Shown here: in pieces, positions 49,701 to 64,000 of the stretch
Layout: each line of letters begins with the position of its first letter
How positions within the stretch are numbered: position 1 is the stretch's first letter
Assembly: GCA_043228905.1 (NCBI GenBank)
Contig: JBHGNT010000014.1
Location: forward strand, 20,646,001 to 20,710,000
DNA: 64,000 nucleotides
Direction of reading: 5' to 3'
Source of the DNA: Azolla caroliniana
Taxonomy: Eukaryota > Plantae > Polypodiophyta
The notes under the pieces: model-generated
The model's input: only the letters and a program-made list of their open reading frames with translations
What the model was told of the DNA's origin: nothing
The model's database searches: none
Position numbers and translations under genes: made by a program

Positions 49701-52700
49701 TTCATGTCCACAAAATTCTTCATCGAAAATGTTGCGATATGCAGAGAGAATATCTCCAGTAATAAGAGCCTTATCTAAACATTGAATGACACTGCCTTCA
49801 TTTTTCCGTAGACTTCCTGGGTTTACTGTTTTTGCAAGAGATGTAGCCCTTTTTTGTATAGCATCAGCCAAAGACTTGACTCCAACGTCACAACCACTTT
49901 GTGTTCTCTTTTGTCTATAAGATGCCCTTTCAGCTGTCAGAGCTGATAATGCCCCCACTTTTCCATCCTCCAGATCAATCTTATCTACTTTTCTGGAATG
50001 AAAAATATAGGCTGGAAGAGGAAAACAGTCCAAGGCCAGAAAGCTATCTGGCACTACAGTGATTAAATAGCATAGCAACTCTGCAAAAAATGTGGCTACA
50101 TAATGTTCTCTAGGTAGCTCAGAAGCATCAGGTAAGATATAAACAGGGCAAAGAACCTGCAGTTTATGAAGGAAAACATCTACAACTGTGCGTACGAGAG
50201 TTTGACATGTAGCAATATCATCAATAAGGTCCAAGACAATTGGCAAAAGCAATTCAGTTGCATCCAATCCATCTCTTTCCTACAACAAAATAAAATGCAG
50301 TGTTTATGATATACTGCCTATTTGTAAAATACCAAAGAAATATTTATACACACCTGCAGCTGTTTTAGAACCCAGTCAATGACAGTTGCCCGATTCACTA
50401 ACCCCTCTAATACATGTAGCTGCAAAAGACGAGTCATGTATTGCCACCTTTTTTGCAATGGAGGGTCATCATTATCAATACTGCCTTGTGTGAAATTATT
50501 AAGCTGTGGAGAAGCATTGTTGACTGGCAAATAAGATCTCTCTCCAGCTGAAATTTCATTCACTCCATTTTGACCCAACTCATCCAAAAGGAATAGCATA
50601 TATTCTAACACATCTTTGGTCAATAATTCCATTCGCTTTGTATGTGACTTGTCTCCAGTTCCACCAGACATCCCAGTAGATAATGGACGTACCTGATTAA
50701 AGCAATTATGGACCCTTGATATTCAAACTAATAAAAGATGCAAAGCAGTCAACATAACCAACAGTATAGGCAAGTATTAATCTGAATTTTTACCTGATTA
50801 AGATACATAACCTTGATGCACCATGTAGCACGAAGAAAAGGAACCTCATTTTTAATAAGAGATTCAAAAAGAGGTCGTCGTCGCAATCCATGAGGAACAT
50901 GATCTGCCAATACTCGTAACCTCTTATGTTGCGCCAGATCCTGGAAAACAGCATAGAAAGTCAGTGTCAATATAATAAGCAGTTCTATACAGCTTTCCCA
51001 GCAACTTTTCTTCTTAAATTACAAATAATGAGAATGCTTCTGAGCTTTGGACACTACATATTACCTTCAAAACACTAGATTTGCAACCTAACAACTTGAT
51101 ATTGTGAATTCATTCTCAGTTTTTTTTATTCCATTGTTTTAAATCAGAATATTGCCTGTTTTGTCAAAATGTTTTCTCTGGTATTATTTACTTGTCCCAT
51201 GGCCAATTTACACCATTGAACATTATGGAGTTTATCCGTACATAGAATTCAGAACATTTATTTGCAGAACTATTATGTATGAGTGAACTGTTGGCAGCCC
51301 AACCACCATGTCCACAGGAAAGGTTATGACAAGTAAAACTTCACTTACCTTTTTCAGAAATTCTCGGCTAACTTTTTCTATAAATCCTCACCCACATTCT
51401 CGGCCAAACAAGAAAACCTTTCAGGGAGACTTGTGTAAATAATCTCCTCAAATCTCTCCTACACATCAGTTATATATCTCAGTTTGGACCTGTGAACCCA
51501 TGTTTAAAGAAAATAGGGCTGATGTTACGTGTAGAAAAATCCTTCAGACTTGCCAAGCAGCCTAATTCTGAAGGAACAACAAAGCATGATATATGCATCA
51601 CTCAAGAGAAACAGTGCAAAATATCTCCATGTAATGATCCTGAAATCCTAAATCAAAGAAGAGGCAACAACCCCAGCTTTAAGGAATATCTCTGCCTCCA
51701 GGAAAAGAAGTTGCTGCAATGCATCTCACTGTCTCTTCAAAGTATGAATCAGACCACACCAAACAATGGCCAAATTTTGCGATGTACTCAGCTGCTCATC
51801 CTCAAGAACAAGGAAGCACCGGCTATTCCTTCTTACAGCTGTCTGCTCTTGAGAGTTTTTTCTCCAGTTTTATCAGTCTTGCATTCTTAATCATTTATTC
51901 CAGTCAGTCTATATCTTATTTTCTCTATAGTTGAGCATATGTGTTTACTTCTGTAATTCATACGAATTATCTTAGCTTAAAAGTAGGTTCATGACATTGC
52001 CTATGTATCTACATGACCCTTACAGTAGCTGTGCTCCACGCCACCATTTTTGCATGACGACAATCATCACAGATCCTCTAGTGAATGTGTCTGCCACCAC
52101 ACAAGTGATCATCGTACCTTGTCATCAATTAAATGTTTTATCATTAATAGGATTATTGTGTATGCTTATCGTATTAAACATCTCTTCCGAATAAAGACAA
52201 TCAAAAGTGAAGATTTACATATTTACTTCTGTAATTGTTGTGAATTGCTTTAGTTTCCACTTAGGTTCATGAGAATGCCTATGTATTCTATATGACCCTC
52301 GTAGTAGATCTTACTCCACACCATCATTTGCACGCAGACACAATCTTAACAGAACCCCTAGTGGATGTGTCTGCCATCCCACAAAATAGGATTTGATCTT
52401 TTGAATGATCATCTTACCTTCTCATCAACTAATTATTTTATCATTGATAGGATTATTATATATGTGTATCCAACTAAATACCTCTGCAGACTAATGGAGA
52501 TTGAATGTAGATTCATGTCTAGTATGTTTGTTGAGCACCCACAGATTATCACCATGAAGATAGGATCTAATAGAGAAATGCTCCTGATAGAGCAAATGAA
52601 TGCCCCTCTTCTGTTGCAACTAATCAACCTGTTTGGATCTATGAATTCTCCTCATTCAGCCACTATTCATTCTCAGTTGTTCCTTATCACCATCTGTTGT

Positions 52701-55700
52701 TGAGAGCTTTCTCCTGCTCTGTTAATCTAGCACTCTTAATCACTCATTCGTCTACTAGGAATCTTGAGCCTGCCTACAACTTGTCTTTTCTATTCATCTA
52801 ACACATTTCAACCTTTCAAAACCCATCACAGTCCAATTGCCATGCAAAATCTACTACATGTATCTGCAAGTACATTACAAAATAACTACTGAAAACATAG
52901 CTTGTTCCCAGATCTTGAAGTATCGAATAAATACTTAGATACAATAAACCCCCTTGTCTGCTCCACATGTCCTTTATTTCTGCATATAAGTTAGTTAGAT
53001 TGAACTTAATCTCTTAAATAGTAATACTATGCTTTAAAGTTCTAACACACATAAGAATACATAAAACAGGTTCTCAAACTTCCTGACTGCCTCACAGTGC
53101 TTTAGAACAGGAAGAAAGTTGAGACAAGAACGAGCAACAAACCTCAATCCATTTCTTGCGATTGTCCTCCCCAGAATGGCGTTGCTCTGGAAAATGTCCA
53201 GGCTTCTGCAACAAAGAACCTGATAAAGGAACCCCATACACTTGCCCTGCCTGAAAATGGAAGTAATGTCATTAGAGCACATCCATCTTGAAATTTGATT
53301 CTGAAGCTATGGCTTGGGAGATCGTAACTTACCTTTCGCTTGCGTACAAGAGAGTTATTCAGGGCATTGAGGCGCTTCCAAATTGCCTAAAACATATAAA
53401 TACATCCACTTTTGAAATGTGTCAAGAGAAAACAAAAAAACACCTTTATTGAGGTGTCAAGTGAGTATCCTACCTCTTTATATTTATTGATCAACGGTTT
53501 GGCCCAGACTTGCAGATTTACAAGAGAGTACCCTGTTTCACGGGACTCCTGAGAGACAAAATAGTTTAGATCTTTAGTGGATTAGTCTAGGAAGCACCAT
53601 CTGAGAAAAAAACACCAAAATGTTGAATTTTCACAACCGGTTCCATTGTACACGATGCAAATACCTCAATGCCCTCCACTATTTCTTTGTATCCATTCTG
53701 ACATGCATCCCTGCCTAATGACTCTTCAGCACAGTTTGGAGTCGGTGGAAAATAGTCCGGTGGCCCAAGGCTGCAAATATTCTTGTATTAATTATTGTTA
53801 AACATACTTAATAGAGTTCGAGGGCAAAGGAAAAAACAGGAATCATGTTGGAACAAACACACTCTGTCATAGATTGTTTGCACACCCACCCTCTGCTGTC
53901 CCATACAATAGTAAAACCTTTTCTTTGACCCTAAGCTTTAACTCACCTCCAGTACATCCTGATTCTCTGCTAGAGTATTTCTCTTGTAGTTCATCTTTTG
54001 GATCTCTTTCTATGACAGAAGGAGATTTTTGCCCAAAATATAATCAGTCAGACCAACCAGAGATATCTTTTTAACAGAGGATATTTCTTTCATAACCATA
54101 GAGCAGGCTCAGATGTGGACACTCTGCAGACTACCACATCTACGTGGGTATTGTCATTGACAAGCATGGAGACTGGAGCTGCAGGCAGCGTTAGGTCACA
54201 GATTGATCTCCATTATGTGCTATATAAATAGTTGCAAAAAGTTTCCATCAGGATCAAATGACTTCTAGAGTATCAATGAAGAGCAACGTGTGGATAGTCT
54301 TCAGTACATCTCAACTCAAATTAAATTTAGTTGGCTTCATAATCACATGGGATGGGTTTCATGGATGGGGCTGGAGTAGGAATAGGTCCACAATGGACAT
54401 TCAATGATGTTATAAACAGAGGAAACTCAAGTAAGGAACCAGATTATGTAGCATGAAGAGAATCTTCTTATCTAAGGTTCATGAAGATAACTTATCATGA
54501 AAGAATAATTTCTCTAACCAAACATACCTACAAAAGATGATCCTATAGCAGTTAGATAACCGTCATAGACTATATTCATAGATCAAGAGATGTCATGAGC
54601 TACGTAAAGCATGATAAAAAATACCATCTTTTTACTACCAAAAAGTGACATTGAGTAAATATCTCCCAGTGAACAACCAATATGTACTTCTCTGAGGGAA
54701 AAAAACATGTGTAATTTCACAATTGCATCATATTACATACCGTGCACTTAATGCTTCTTGTTCACACTTCAAGGTGTATGGTGTCAGTGGCACAAGTCTC
54801 CTGCAGAACAAAACTAAACAAGTTCATCAAAACCTGGCTGCCCAAACTGATAAAACCACACTGCATATTTTATGGATGGTTAACTAACAAGAATGCTGAC
54901 CAATCCTTCTAATATAACCTCGGACGAAAATAAATATGCAAACACAAGACAAAAACAGTGTCTATCCTTTTCAAAGAACATATATTCTGGTATCCAGGCA
55001 CTTTTTTATAGAGTACAGCAAAAGTACTTCTGTGAGCTTCACAAAGAATTTGTAATTTTTTGAAATGCTTGTGGTGAAAGAATAAGAACATAATATTCAT
55101 ATACACTTATGCAATAAATCTCAGGACCTCATATAATTGTTCAAACGAGTATGTTGCAAACATAAGCATAGAAGAGTTTCTTCAACCATCAATTATAGTT
55201 GTATATATTCAATCCTCTACATTAATTGTCTCTATGCAATTCACAAGACCATCAATCATGATTGCCTACATACGAAACTTTGGACTATCAATCATAACTG
55301 TCTCTCAGAGACAGATACATAACATCTGCTTTCCAAATATAAATATATATAGACATATTCTACATTGGTGATCAGATAACAACCATGTATGAATCATTTG
55401 CATGAAAATTTAATGGATAGAAAGGGTTGTTGCAATAAAGTTGTTGTGATTTGGTAAAGATAGCAATGTAGCATAGCCACACACCCCAATCAATCTTCTG
55501 GGCCATCAATCATAGTTGTCTCGATTTGAAAACTTGTGTTTTCAAATTTTAGATATATATAATACTCAGCTAGTTCTTTCCGCTCTAAATTGGTACAACA
55601 ATTAGGTTTCCATTTGAATTTTCTTGTTGTGTTGTATAACAGGTCACTCTAATAAACTTGTAAGAGCATTGCAAAAAAATATAAGCATTCTGCTAATTGG

Positions 55701-56150
55701 ACTGTCAATTGTCAACGAATCTACACAAGATTGAATATCATCATTTTCAAATATGCATATACTAGAACAAGTTTTTCCAACATAAATTAGTGAGACAATT
55801 AGGTGCTTATCCGAACTACGTTTGTAAAGTTTATTTGCATCGTGTGTCTATGTATATATTATATACACATATACACACTGTGTATGTGTGTATGTATGTA
55901 GATAGATGTATATATAGATATGCATTATATTGTGAATTAGGCACCATGAGACATATGCATGAAAATTATTTAAAGAAAAGAGTGAGAGTTTCATGAAATG
56001 AGCTTGCCTTGTGGTCAAAGGTACGGAAGATGGCGTAGAGAAACCCACATCAGCACGCACAACACTGTCCCTCGAAACCCCACTAGGGCTGGTAGTAGTG
56101 TTGTTCCCCATGCCATTTGAGCTGCCAAGAGGAGTATGATATCTGTGCAT
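43749..56150 (-). CDS. MED12: Mediator subunit 12 (CRP/CCT-like); exons include 56150-56008, 54800-54741, 53770-53665, 53548-53474, 53386-53333, ~53250-53143, ~50940-50794, ~50692-50354, ~50279-47902, ~47579-44958, ~44678-44339, ~44189-43749
   Basis: MHRYH..SRDS, LTPYTLKCE, RLGPPDYF, GYKEIVEGIEE, AGQVYGVPL, LAQHKRLRVLADHVPHG..VPFLRATWCIKVMYLNQ, CEWAICDFRD, ARIEGSQGASSSHMC, FHWQWVELRFLLNEQ, LWLRLQFLLPLLP, EIDPWTLLED..WLKGTVRVRRTNLTY. All are recognised plant MED12 blocks. Confidence 0.95.
51944..52480 (+). repeat. Diverged ~278-bp tandem duplication in a MED12 intron
   Basis: TTACTTCTGTAATT..TAGGTTCATGA..GCCTATGTAT..ATGACCCT occurs at ~51944 and ~52222. Confidence 0.7.
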
Positions 56151-57179
56151 TTCTCCCTGTGTGGCACTCGAGACATACTATACCACTTCTTCCAATACTA
56201 CCACTAACATGTTCAGATCTTCCGGTGCTGCTTCGAATGAGCTCCCATGAGACCCTTTCAAGAATGGCTGAAGGACAGCCATGACCTGCAATTTGATGAA
56301 GCTATGTCGTATGACCTGAAACAGATCCAACACCGAAGCTGAAAGGAAGAAGCAAAAGCTAAACTAATGCTGAACAGAGTCTGATCTGGAATGAACCAAA
56401 CTGATCCAAGTTGAATAAAGATGAGGAAAACCAAGCTCTGCTGAGCCAAACTGTGCCCAAACTGGGGTACGGAACCAAAACAAACCCAACCAAGTTGGTC
56501 CAAATCAATCCTAACGAAGCCAAACCCAACACCGTAAAACCGAACCGAGCTGAATCCAACTGAATGTAACCAATATGTGAGAATCCGAAGGTTGGGGCCG
56601 AACAAAACAAGAAAGACTAAAAATTTCGCGCTACCCCTATTTGTTTGCTCATGGATAGTTCCTCTCCACAGCTTTGAACTGCCCTATCATATGCAGAGAG
56701 ATTAGAAGAGACAGGTCCGTTACCAGAATAAATAAAACTCAGTTCTCTATCATCAAGCTACAAAGATGTATCCATGAAACCTCTTTCCTGATTTTCTGTC
56801 GTTAGGAAGAAGATGAACAGGAAACCCCTGTTATCATTTTTAATAATTTACCTCGACACTATGAAACAATATTGTCCTGCGTTAAAGCTAAATCTAGGAA
56901 CGGAAATGCTTTTTGCTCTTATATTCCTGTACTTTTCAGAGTAGAGACTGAGGAAGGAGAAGAAGAAGAGAAGTGAATGAGTGGATAGCTTAGCAAGCTC
57001 TGGTCAGATCTAGATCCAGTAAAAAGTTTTATCGCTGGGACGTAGCGATGGAGTTAGGGTTTCTGGGAAGAAGAAGAAGTGAGAGAAAGCTCTGTGATCT
57101 GGCTATGGAAGGGAAGGAAAAGGAAAAGGAGAAGGAGAGGGGGGGGGGCAGGAGGAAGAAAAGCAAAGAGCAGCAGCAG

Positions 57180-57401
57180 CGCGGAGAGAGAGAGAGAGAG
57201 AGAGAAAAGAAGAGGAAGGAAATGAGTATGTACATACATACACATACATACATACAACCCCCCCAACAAAAACACAGGTGGACACGCGCGCGGGCACACA
57301 CACACACACACACACAGAGAGCAGGGGAAGAGAGAGAGAGAGAGAGAGAGAGAGCAGGGGAAGAGAGAGAGAATTATGTATGTACATAAATATATAATGT
57401 G

Positions 57402-57456
<55 letters not shown>

Positions 57457-57509
57457 ATTGCGTATGTATTTTGTTTATCCAAACATTTTGTTTGAAGTTG
57501 TAGTTTGAG

Positions 57510-57556
<47 letters not shown>

Positions 57557-57800
57557 CCATGGCTTGGATGGCCCATTGGCCCCCTCCCCCCCCCCCCTCC
57601 CCTCTTTGACTCTATCTCTCATATAATTCCCAATTCTCTTTCTTTTTTTATATTACAGCTACATACACTATAATGTCCAACCTTGTGTGTGTGTGTATTG
57701 CAGAGGAGGGATGGATGGATGGATGGATGGATTGGATTTGATTTGATTTGATTTGATTTGATTCTTCTAGTTTTTCCTTCCCCCCCCCCCCCCTCCCTTC
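57180..57800. repeat. Dense microsatellite cluster (GA, CA, GGAT, ATTTG, poly-C) upstream of MED12
   Basis: Directly visible. It probably lies in the 5' UTR/promoter region between the divergent MED12 and PRT1 genes. Confidence 0.85.
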
Positions 57801-59908
57801 CCTTCCTCTCAGTCTCATCTTCTTCAAAGACGAGAAAACACTCAAGATGTAATCTCTTATTTGGTCTTTTATAGGCCATTTTGGCCTCTTAAAATACAAT
57901 TAATATTTCTTTCTTTCTTTCTTTCTCTCTATCTATCCCTCCCACCCCCACCAAACAAAACAAAAAAGTCACCTTGTTGCTCTTCGGGTTAACCAACAAT
58001 TCAACTACTACCTAATTGTTGTGACCATCGATTGTCATGATAGATAGTTGGCTCAAAGAAAAGGGTGTTGGGGGGGGGAGGGGGGAGGGGGAGGATGGAG
58101 GGAAGGACACAATTTGCATCCTGGGCAACATCAACAAACCATTCATGATGTTCCCAATCATGGGAAACATATACTCCTTCTTTGTGGATAAACATATACT
58201 CTTTCCCCACCATTTTATAAAAAGAGTTAGTACATGGGGTTTGACCTAAATATATATACATACACGTATGCATAACAAATACATTATATGCTAAGAATAC
58301 ACATATAAGAATAGATTAATTTATCTTGTGTTCCAATGGAGACTCCTAGAGTAAAACAAGGATGTCCTCTATGGCTTACAATATTTGGTTTATGCATATC
58401 ATTGTAGAAGGATCGTTATGCAGGTCTTGATAATTGTACATCTCTTAGGACAAATATCTTTTGTATGGTGCTTTTATATGTCAATGGTCTTCTATTGTTC
58501 TCACATCACCTCATGTTTGTTGTGGATGACTTTTGTAATACGAGTGGTCCCTTGGTCAATGTGGGAAACAAAAGTCATGATAGTAAAGCATTGTCAAAGG
58601 TCAGAAGAACTGCGGTGAAAACATCATAATATGCAACTCTTTATAAAAATAATTGGCAATTCATATGTCAACAAATCATTAACGAGGTCATGTGCTTGCA
58701 TAGAACATGATTGAAACTCTAGATGGGAAAGCTAAAATCCAAATGCAAGGTGAGCAACATACACACATGCCAATGTGGATGATTGATTAAATGTCATCAT
58801 TTTTATAGTTTTTGCACGATGTGCTCACAATATTAAAAAAGATGGAATGTGTTTAAACTATAACCTCAATTTAATACTAGGAAAAGCAACTATTGAGTGC
58901 AACAAAACGAATTTTTGCATGCTCACAATATAGATTTGAGCGTTGAAATCAAGGTTTACATGAAGAAGCAATGTTTGCACACATGGCCTAAAAGCCACGT
59001 GATTGAGGATGGATTATCTCGTGCATCAAAGATGGAAGACATATATTGAACCCATGCCCAATCTATTGTCAATAATTTGTTGGTCCTCATTTTTGTGAGT
59101 TGACACATCGTTCCTTCAGCATACCTATATATTCTACTACTTGTTTGGGTATGAATAACATTTACGAAGGGTATTAATGCAAGCCACACGAATCAAACCA
59201 CAACGGAACTTATTGTTATGGTTAGCCTCCCGTGGACGGTAATTATCACATCGTTAGGTTTCCCCGTCTCTATTTCTGTTGGACTATAGATCAGACATGG
59301 AGTTTGGAAGGAGACAACCTTTTGGAGGGTTTCGAAATGTCAACATACTTCTTCTTCTTCTTCTTCAGCACACATATGAACCTAACGTGGACAAAAGGGG
59401 AGCACCTCCTGTTTAGAAAAACGAGCCATGGATCTAGCAACCCAAGCATCGATATGTGATGGTAGTTCATGGATAATATGTGAGCCATGTGATGGGGCAC
59501 GGGGTATTATTTCACCCAAGTCTTTTGTCATGGAATCATTCCCATTGGTCGACCATGTAAATCACATGTTCTTGTCCCATGCTCGCATAACAGGCCTTCG
59601 AGAGGCTCAAGTTACTACAACCCAGAGAGATTGGTTATATGTATATATGTGTGTACATACATTATACATATATGTACATCATGATGATGATTGATGTATG
59701 AAAGGAACCAACGAACGCCCCCATGTGACCACACATGTGACATGGGACAAGGCTGGTGTGATGATGATGATTCATTCAGATGGATGGACAAACAATGTGA
59801 ACACAATGTTATAAATACAGAGACGGATCATTTTCATTGCCCCTTCCTCCGCTCACCAATTCCAGCCTTTGAACCACCCATATACTCCCTCCCGAGGCTT
59901 AGCTGACG

Positions 59909-60023
59909 ATGAACCAGTCAGGAAACGATGGTATGCAAGAAGAAGTCCAGGAAGAAGACGATGGAACTTTAGGAGCCTTCAAGTGCTTCATCTGCTGGTA
60001 TTTAGCTTCTAATATATATATAG

Positions 60024-60055
<32 letters not shown>

Positions 60056-61184
60056 CATTGCATCTACTAGATGCCGAAAATCAGTGGAATTCAACTTATC
60101 TTTACCGAAACAAAAATAAAAGCGTCAGCTTTCCTATAGGAAACCAAAGTTATGGCCGAATTCTAGTAATATGATACCAATGTCAGATTAAAGGATAAAG
60201 AAATAAAAATTAGCGAAAATCTTAGAGCTGGAAATAAAATGTGATATATTTTATAGGGATTAGATACACAGAAATAAGATGCTAGATCTATGATACTACG
60301 TTCATGAATAGAGATATAACTACAGGAGAATACAACATGAGTGTGAGGATAGAAAGAGAGTCTGTGTTGGTTTTTATTTATATTAGTGCTCTATGGAGAT
60401 CAAAGTCAACCTAAGGGATTGCATGTTTTAAACACGATCTCACATTCTCAATATCATATGGAATGTAGTGACACACGAGAAATTCTTCTAATTTGTCATC
60501 ATAATGGAGAGGGAGGGAGGGAATGAGAGAAGTATCTTGGTGATGAATACTGTTGAAATGGATGCAGGGATTGGCTATACAAGCCTGTCGTCTTACGTAA
60601 GCAACCTCATAATTTCTTTTTTCCAATATGTTCCATCAGAGTTATGCAAGATTTCAAAAGTCATTTCCTTTTGGTTGTTGTGTACTGTATGCAGCATGTG
60701 GTCATGTGTTTTGCTTTTGGTGCATCCAACAAAGCATGAATGACTGGAGCCGCTATTCACACTGTGCATTATGTAAGCAGACCTATACACATATTCCTGA
60801 TGTTTGCAAGTTGCTCCACTCCATCATCTTAAAGGTTGCCCCTGCACATATCTTGAGTAAAAGAGAACACGAAATCCATGGTATATACTACTTTTAGGCT
60901 CCATTATTCTGTAACCAAAGCATCATTATGTCTCCACTTTCCAGAGCTCTTAACATTCTAATTTTTTGCAATCATGGTAGATTTCGAGTCCCAAAAAGGA
61001 ATGTTTTCAACCCCTATTCATCAGAGAGAAATGTCTAAGTCTCAAGAGGATGCATCTTGTCCAAGTACCTCCTCCACCAATACATCTGAAGCTCAATCCA
61101 TCTGTAAGCTGGCTCCTGAAGTTTTCTCATGTGCATCTTGTAAAGAGCTTCTCAATCGACCGATCGTCTTGAATTGTGGGGAAG
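59909..61184 (+). CDS. PRT1: PRT1-like tandem-RING E3 ubiquitin ligase, 5' part; exons 59909-59997, 60568-60596, 60695-60880, 60981-61184; the remainder is not found in the window
   Basis: The spliced product reads FKCFICW-DWLYKPVVL-PCGHVFCFWCIQQSMN..SHCALCK..IPDVCKLLH..KREHEI-..FS..FSCASCKELLNRPIVLNCG, matching recalled Arabidopsis PRT1 architecture. Confidence 0.82.
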
Positions 61185-61271
61185 GTAGCATCAAAAATGA
61201 TTTTCACGTGTTAAATGATTTTTGTAAATTGGTCTTTATGTTTTCAACTTCACATCAGATTTAATTCTCAC

Positions 61272-61302
<31 letters not shown>

Positions 61303-62779
61303 GTTTTTTATAATGTGCTTTTGTTATCTAACTTCATCCAGTCACAATACCTTCAGCAGGATACATTAAACCATATCTCTAATGTTCATTCTCTGACTCT
61401 CCATAACATGGTCCATGCTTGTACATAATAACTCTTTGTCCCACTATTCTCTCTATGTGAAAATGTTTCCGCGTCATCCATTGTTCATATTTTAAAATCT
61501 ATGGTTTAGCCTTTTATTTCGCAACCTTAATGTTCTAAGCGTCATCGATAACTTCAGTCTCACCACAATTGCGTTTCTAGTATTTCTCATTTTCAGTCTT
61601 AAATCATTGATAACTTCATAAGCAATGTTGAAGTCCTTGAGAACCGATTTCATGTGTCACAGCTGTTTGAATATACATAAATGGGTTTCTTATTCAAGTT
61701 AGACCATGCAAGATCCATCAAAGTGGTTGACTTTGCACTTTCCAAAGCAATGGGTTACATTCTTGAAGAAATAGGTTACTTCAGTTAGAAATATTGAGAA
61801 TCGATTAGATAGGTATATAGAGTTACAATCACAGAGATGGATATATGAAAACAAAACTTCTATTACATATGAGAGTAGCTCACAATGGTAGTTCACCCAT
61901 GCGCTCACACCTTAGAGCTTAGATGGGATTTGGATCAGCTCACTACAAAATTAGTGGGGACCGATGATCATCACACCACTGTGTAAGAGAGTGGATTATA
62001 TTCTCTGTTTGGTCGTAGTGTAACATTAAATGTGCACGTCAGTTGATAGTAGTGGAGATATTCCTTTTCTATCAACGGACTTGTCATTTAATATTACCCA
62101 GCTCCCTAGATACAGCTAGTGCTAGATAGTTCTTATCTTAAAGTCAATGGCACATACTTCAAGACTAAGTACATTGTAACTTGCGCACAAAATATTCTAG
62201 TTGACTTGATTAGCCAATCCTATTAGCCCACTTCACTCTTTCCTAAATACATTGTCTCCTATGCATCTACGGTTTCCGAGATTGACACCTTATCGACCCG
62301 TATGGTCGAGTTGCACAATAGCCACTCCTCATCTGGGGAGCTATCACAAAATGCGCACTCTAAGAGTACATATGGGGATAGATTTATAACTTGGGGTTGA
62401 TCATTGATTTTATCTAACAACTTCCACAGATCAAAGCTTGTGCCATCAAATCATTTGATCTCATATAGTAATTTAAGATCATGCGGAGTGTTGGCCATTT
62501 TTTCACCCAAAAATAAACACCAAAATTAAATTCTGGAAATATTAAATTTAATTAGAGAACTTAGAATATTAATTGCCACGATGTAAAAATAATGACTTGA
62601 GAGGTTCCTATGAAGAAAGGGGAACATGAGGATTTTTTTTTGGATTTGCGTTTGAATTTACTGTTGCAACAAAGTTTCCTGCACTAGAATACTTGTAAAT
62701 AGCAAGTATTAGGGATTCCTCCTATTTTGGACCTCTTCTTGCAATGAATCTTCTCAAGAAACTTGAAACATTTGGAAAA

Positions 62780-63250
62780 AATTGAATCAGCGACAACACT
62801 CGATAGATATATCCTTGCTTTGGTACTTATTGAAAATTGATGAGGTGCAGAGAACTGACAGGAGGATAGGGAGAAGATACATAGGTTTTTGGGGACCCTT
62901 AATAATCTATTTTAAGGGTAAAAAGTATAGTGTTTTATTAGAATGTGATTTTAGGGCATTTGAGTCATCTCACAATGGCCGAGTAACCCTAATATGTCCT
63001 AGAAGCTCTTAAGAGAGCTATAGGGTGAAAGAATCTTCATAAATGTACAAATGGAGAGTTCTTTGAACCTTTATACCTAATAGATGTTATGGGTGAATAA
63101 TATAGGCCAATAGGGCTTCTGTAGTCACAAGCTCTTTGCTGAAAAATATATACATCTATAATTGGGGGGTTCTAACTTCCACAAATAAAGTAGTTATTGA
63201 TAAACTTCGTAATGGGAAGAAGTCTAGAATCTAAATGGTTAGGCCTAAGC
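62780..63250 (+). mobile_element. Heavily decayed LINE RT remnant, probably intronic
   Basis: YRPIGLL...KIYTSII near 63100-63165 resembles the LINE RT YRPISLL..YKI motif. Weak. Confidence 0.35.
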
Positions 63251-64000
63251 ATTAGTGATAGGATAAAATCCTAGCCATCTATATCATGAACGTTAGTGAG
63301 GGGATTGTTGGTATATTCTTGAGAGAGTAATATGTATTTCCAAACCTTGGTGTACATATATGCGAATAACTATTTGAATTTTTTGAGGAACTTGTCAATC
63401 TTAGCTGTGTACTTCACGCCCAGCTAGGTTTTCTTCCTCTATTCTTAAATAGGAATTTCTCTACTTCAATGATCTTGAACTTCAAAATGATCAAAATGAC
63501 ATCCTGACAAATGCTTGGCTTGAGCAGCAAGAGCAGGAACTTTGGTTGCTCGAGGTGTTGACACTTGAATTGTCAGCCATTTATTTCATCAAATTCATCT
63601 AAGGTGAAATCAATGGTTGCTGTATCATTAGGTCAGATAGTTGGTCAAAGGATAAGAAGATGATGAATAAATGCAGGAGTTAATTAGTAAATGGGCCACC
63701 AAGCATAGTTTCGAATATGAAAGACCATTATCAACCCTTGCTTATGGCTTAGATTTCTCCAATTCATTTTTCAAATCCTAATTGTCCATCATTTGTTTGT
63801 GGCATTTTCCAATTCCCAGCACCCTGCTCTCTGGTTTCAATCCACAATCAAAATATTGTGGTGTGGAACAAGCTGAAAGTAATGGAAATGGGCAAATTAC
63901 TTAATTGAATCGGGTCTTTATGAGGAAAAATTTGATGCAGAGTCTAATTTAAATAAGATATTGAGAATATTGGTGAAGAAAATGTGCCATTTGCAGAGAA

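Noticed and set aside
56340-56610. AACCG-rich stretch resembling the hAT MITE subterminal repeats
   Set aside because: No TIRs or TSD could be found. At most a very old remnant.
57029-57899. Multiple ORFs of 80-168 aa
   Set aside because: Low-complexity products of GA/CA/GGAT repeats.
59560-59760. Short inverted match CTTGTCCCATG / CATGGGACAAG upstream of PRT1
   Set aside because: Only 11 bp, with no TSD or extended pairing that I could verify.

Overview
Eukaryotic land-plant nuclear DNA: intron-rich, microsatellite-rich and about half transposon-derived. A fern or other non-seed plant is my inference from the PLS-type PPR fragment and (GA)n-bearing LTRs. There are four host genes: PPD4 (+), GID4/VID24-like (-), MED12 (-) and the 5' part of a PRT1-like RING E3 (+). 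The first ~14.5 kb reads as one large decayed Mutator-like element (MULE). It carries a SWIM/DDE transposase, a spliced accessory gene ending in a Ulp1/C48 protease domain, an antisense PPR fragment and telomere-like tandem arrays. Nested inside it are an hAT MITE with an 8-bp TSD and a near-pristine Ty1/copia element (intact 1344-aa ORF, LTRs differing by 1 substitution and 1 AG unit). Further along lie a full-length but inactivated L1-type LINE with a 13-bp TSD and a nest of decayed copia elements with a solo LTR. All assignments come from motif recognition and manual reading; no database searches were run.
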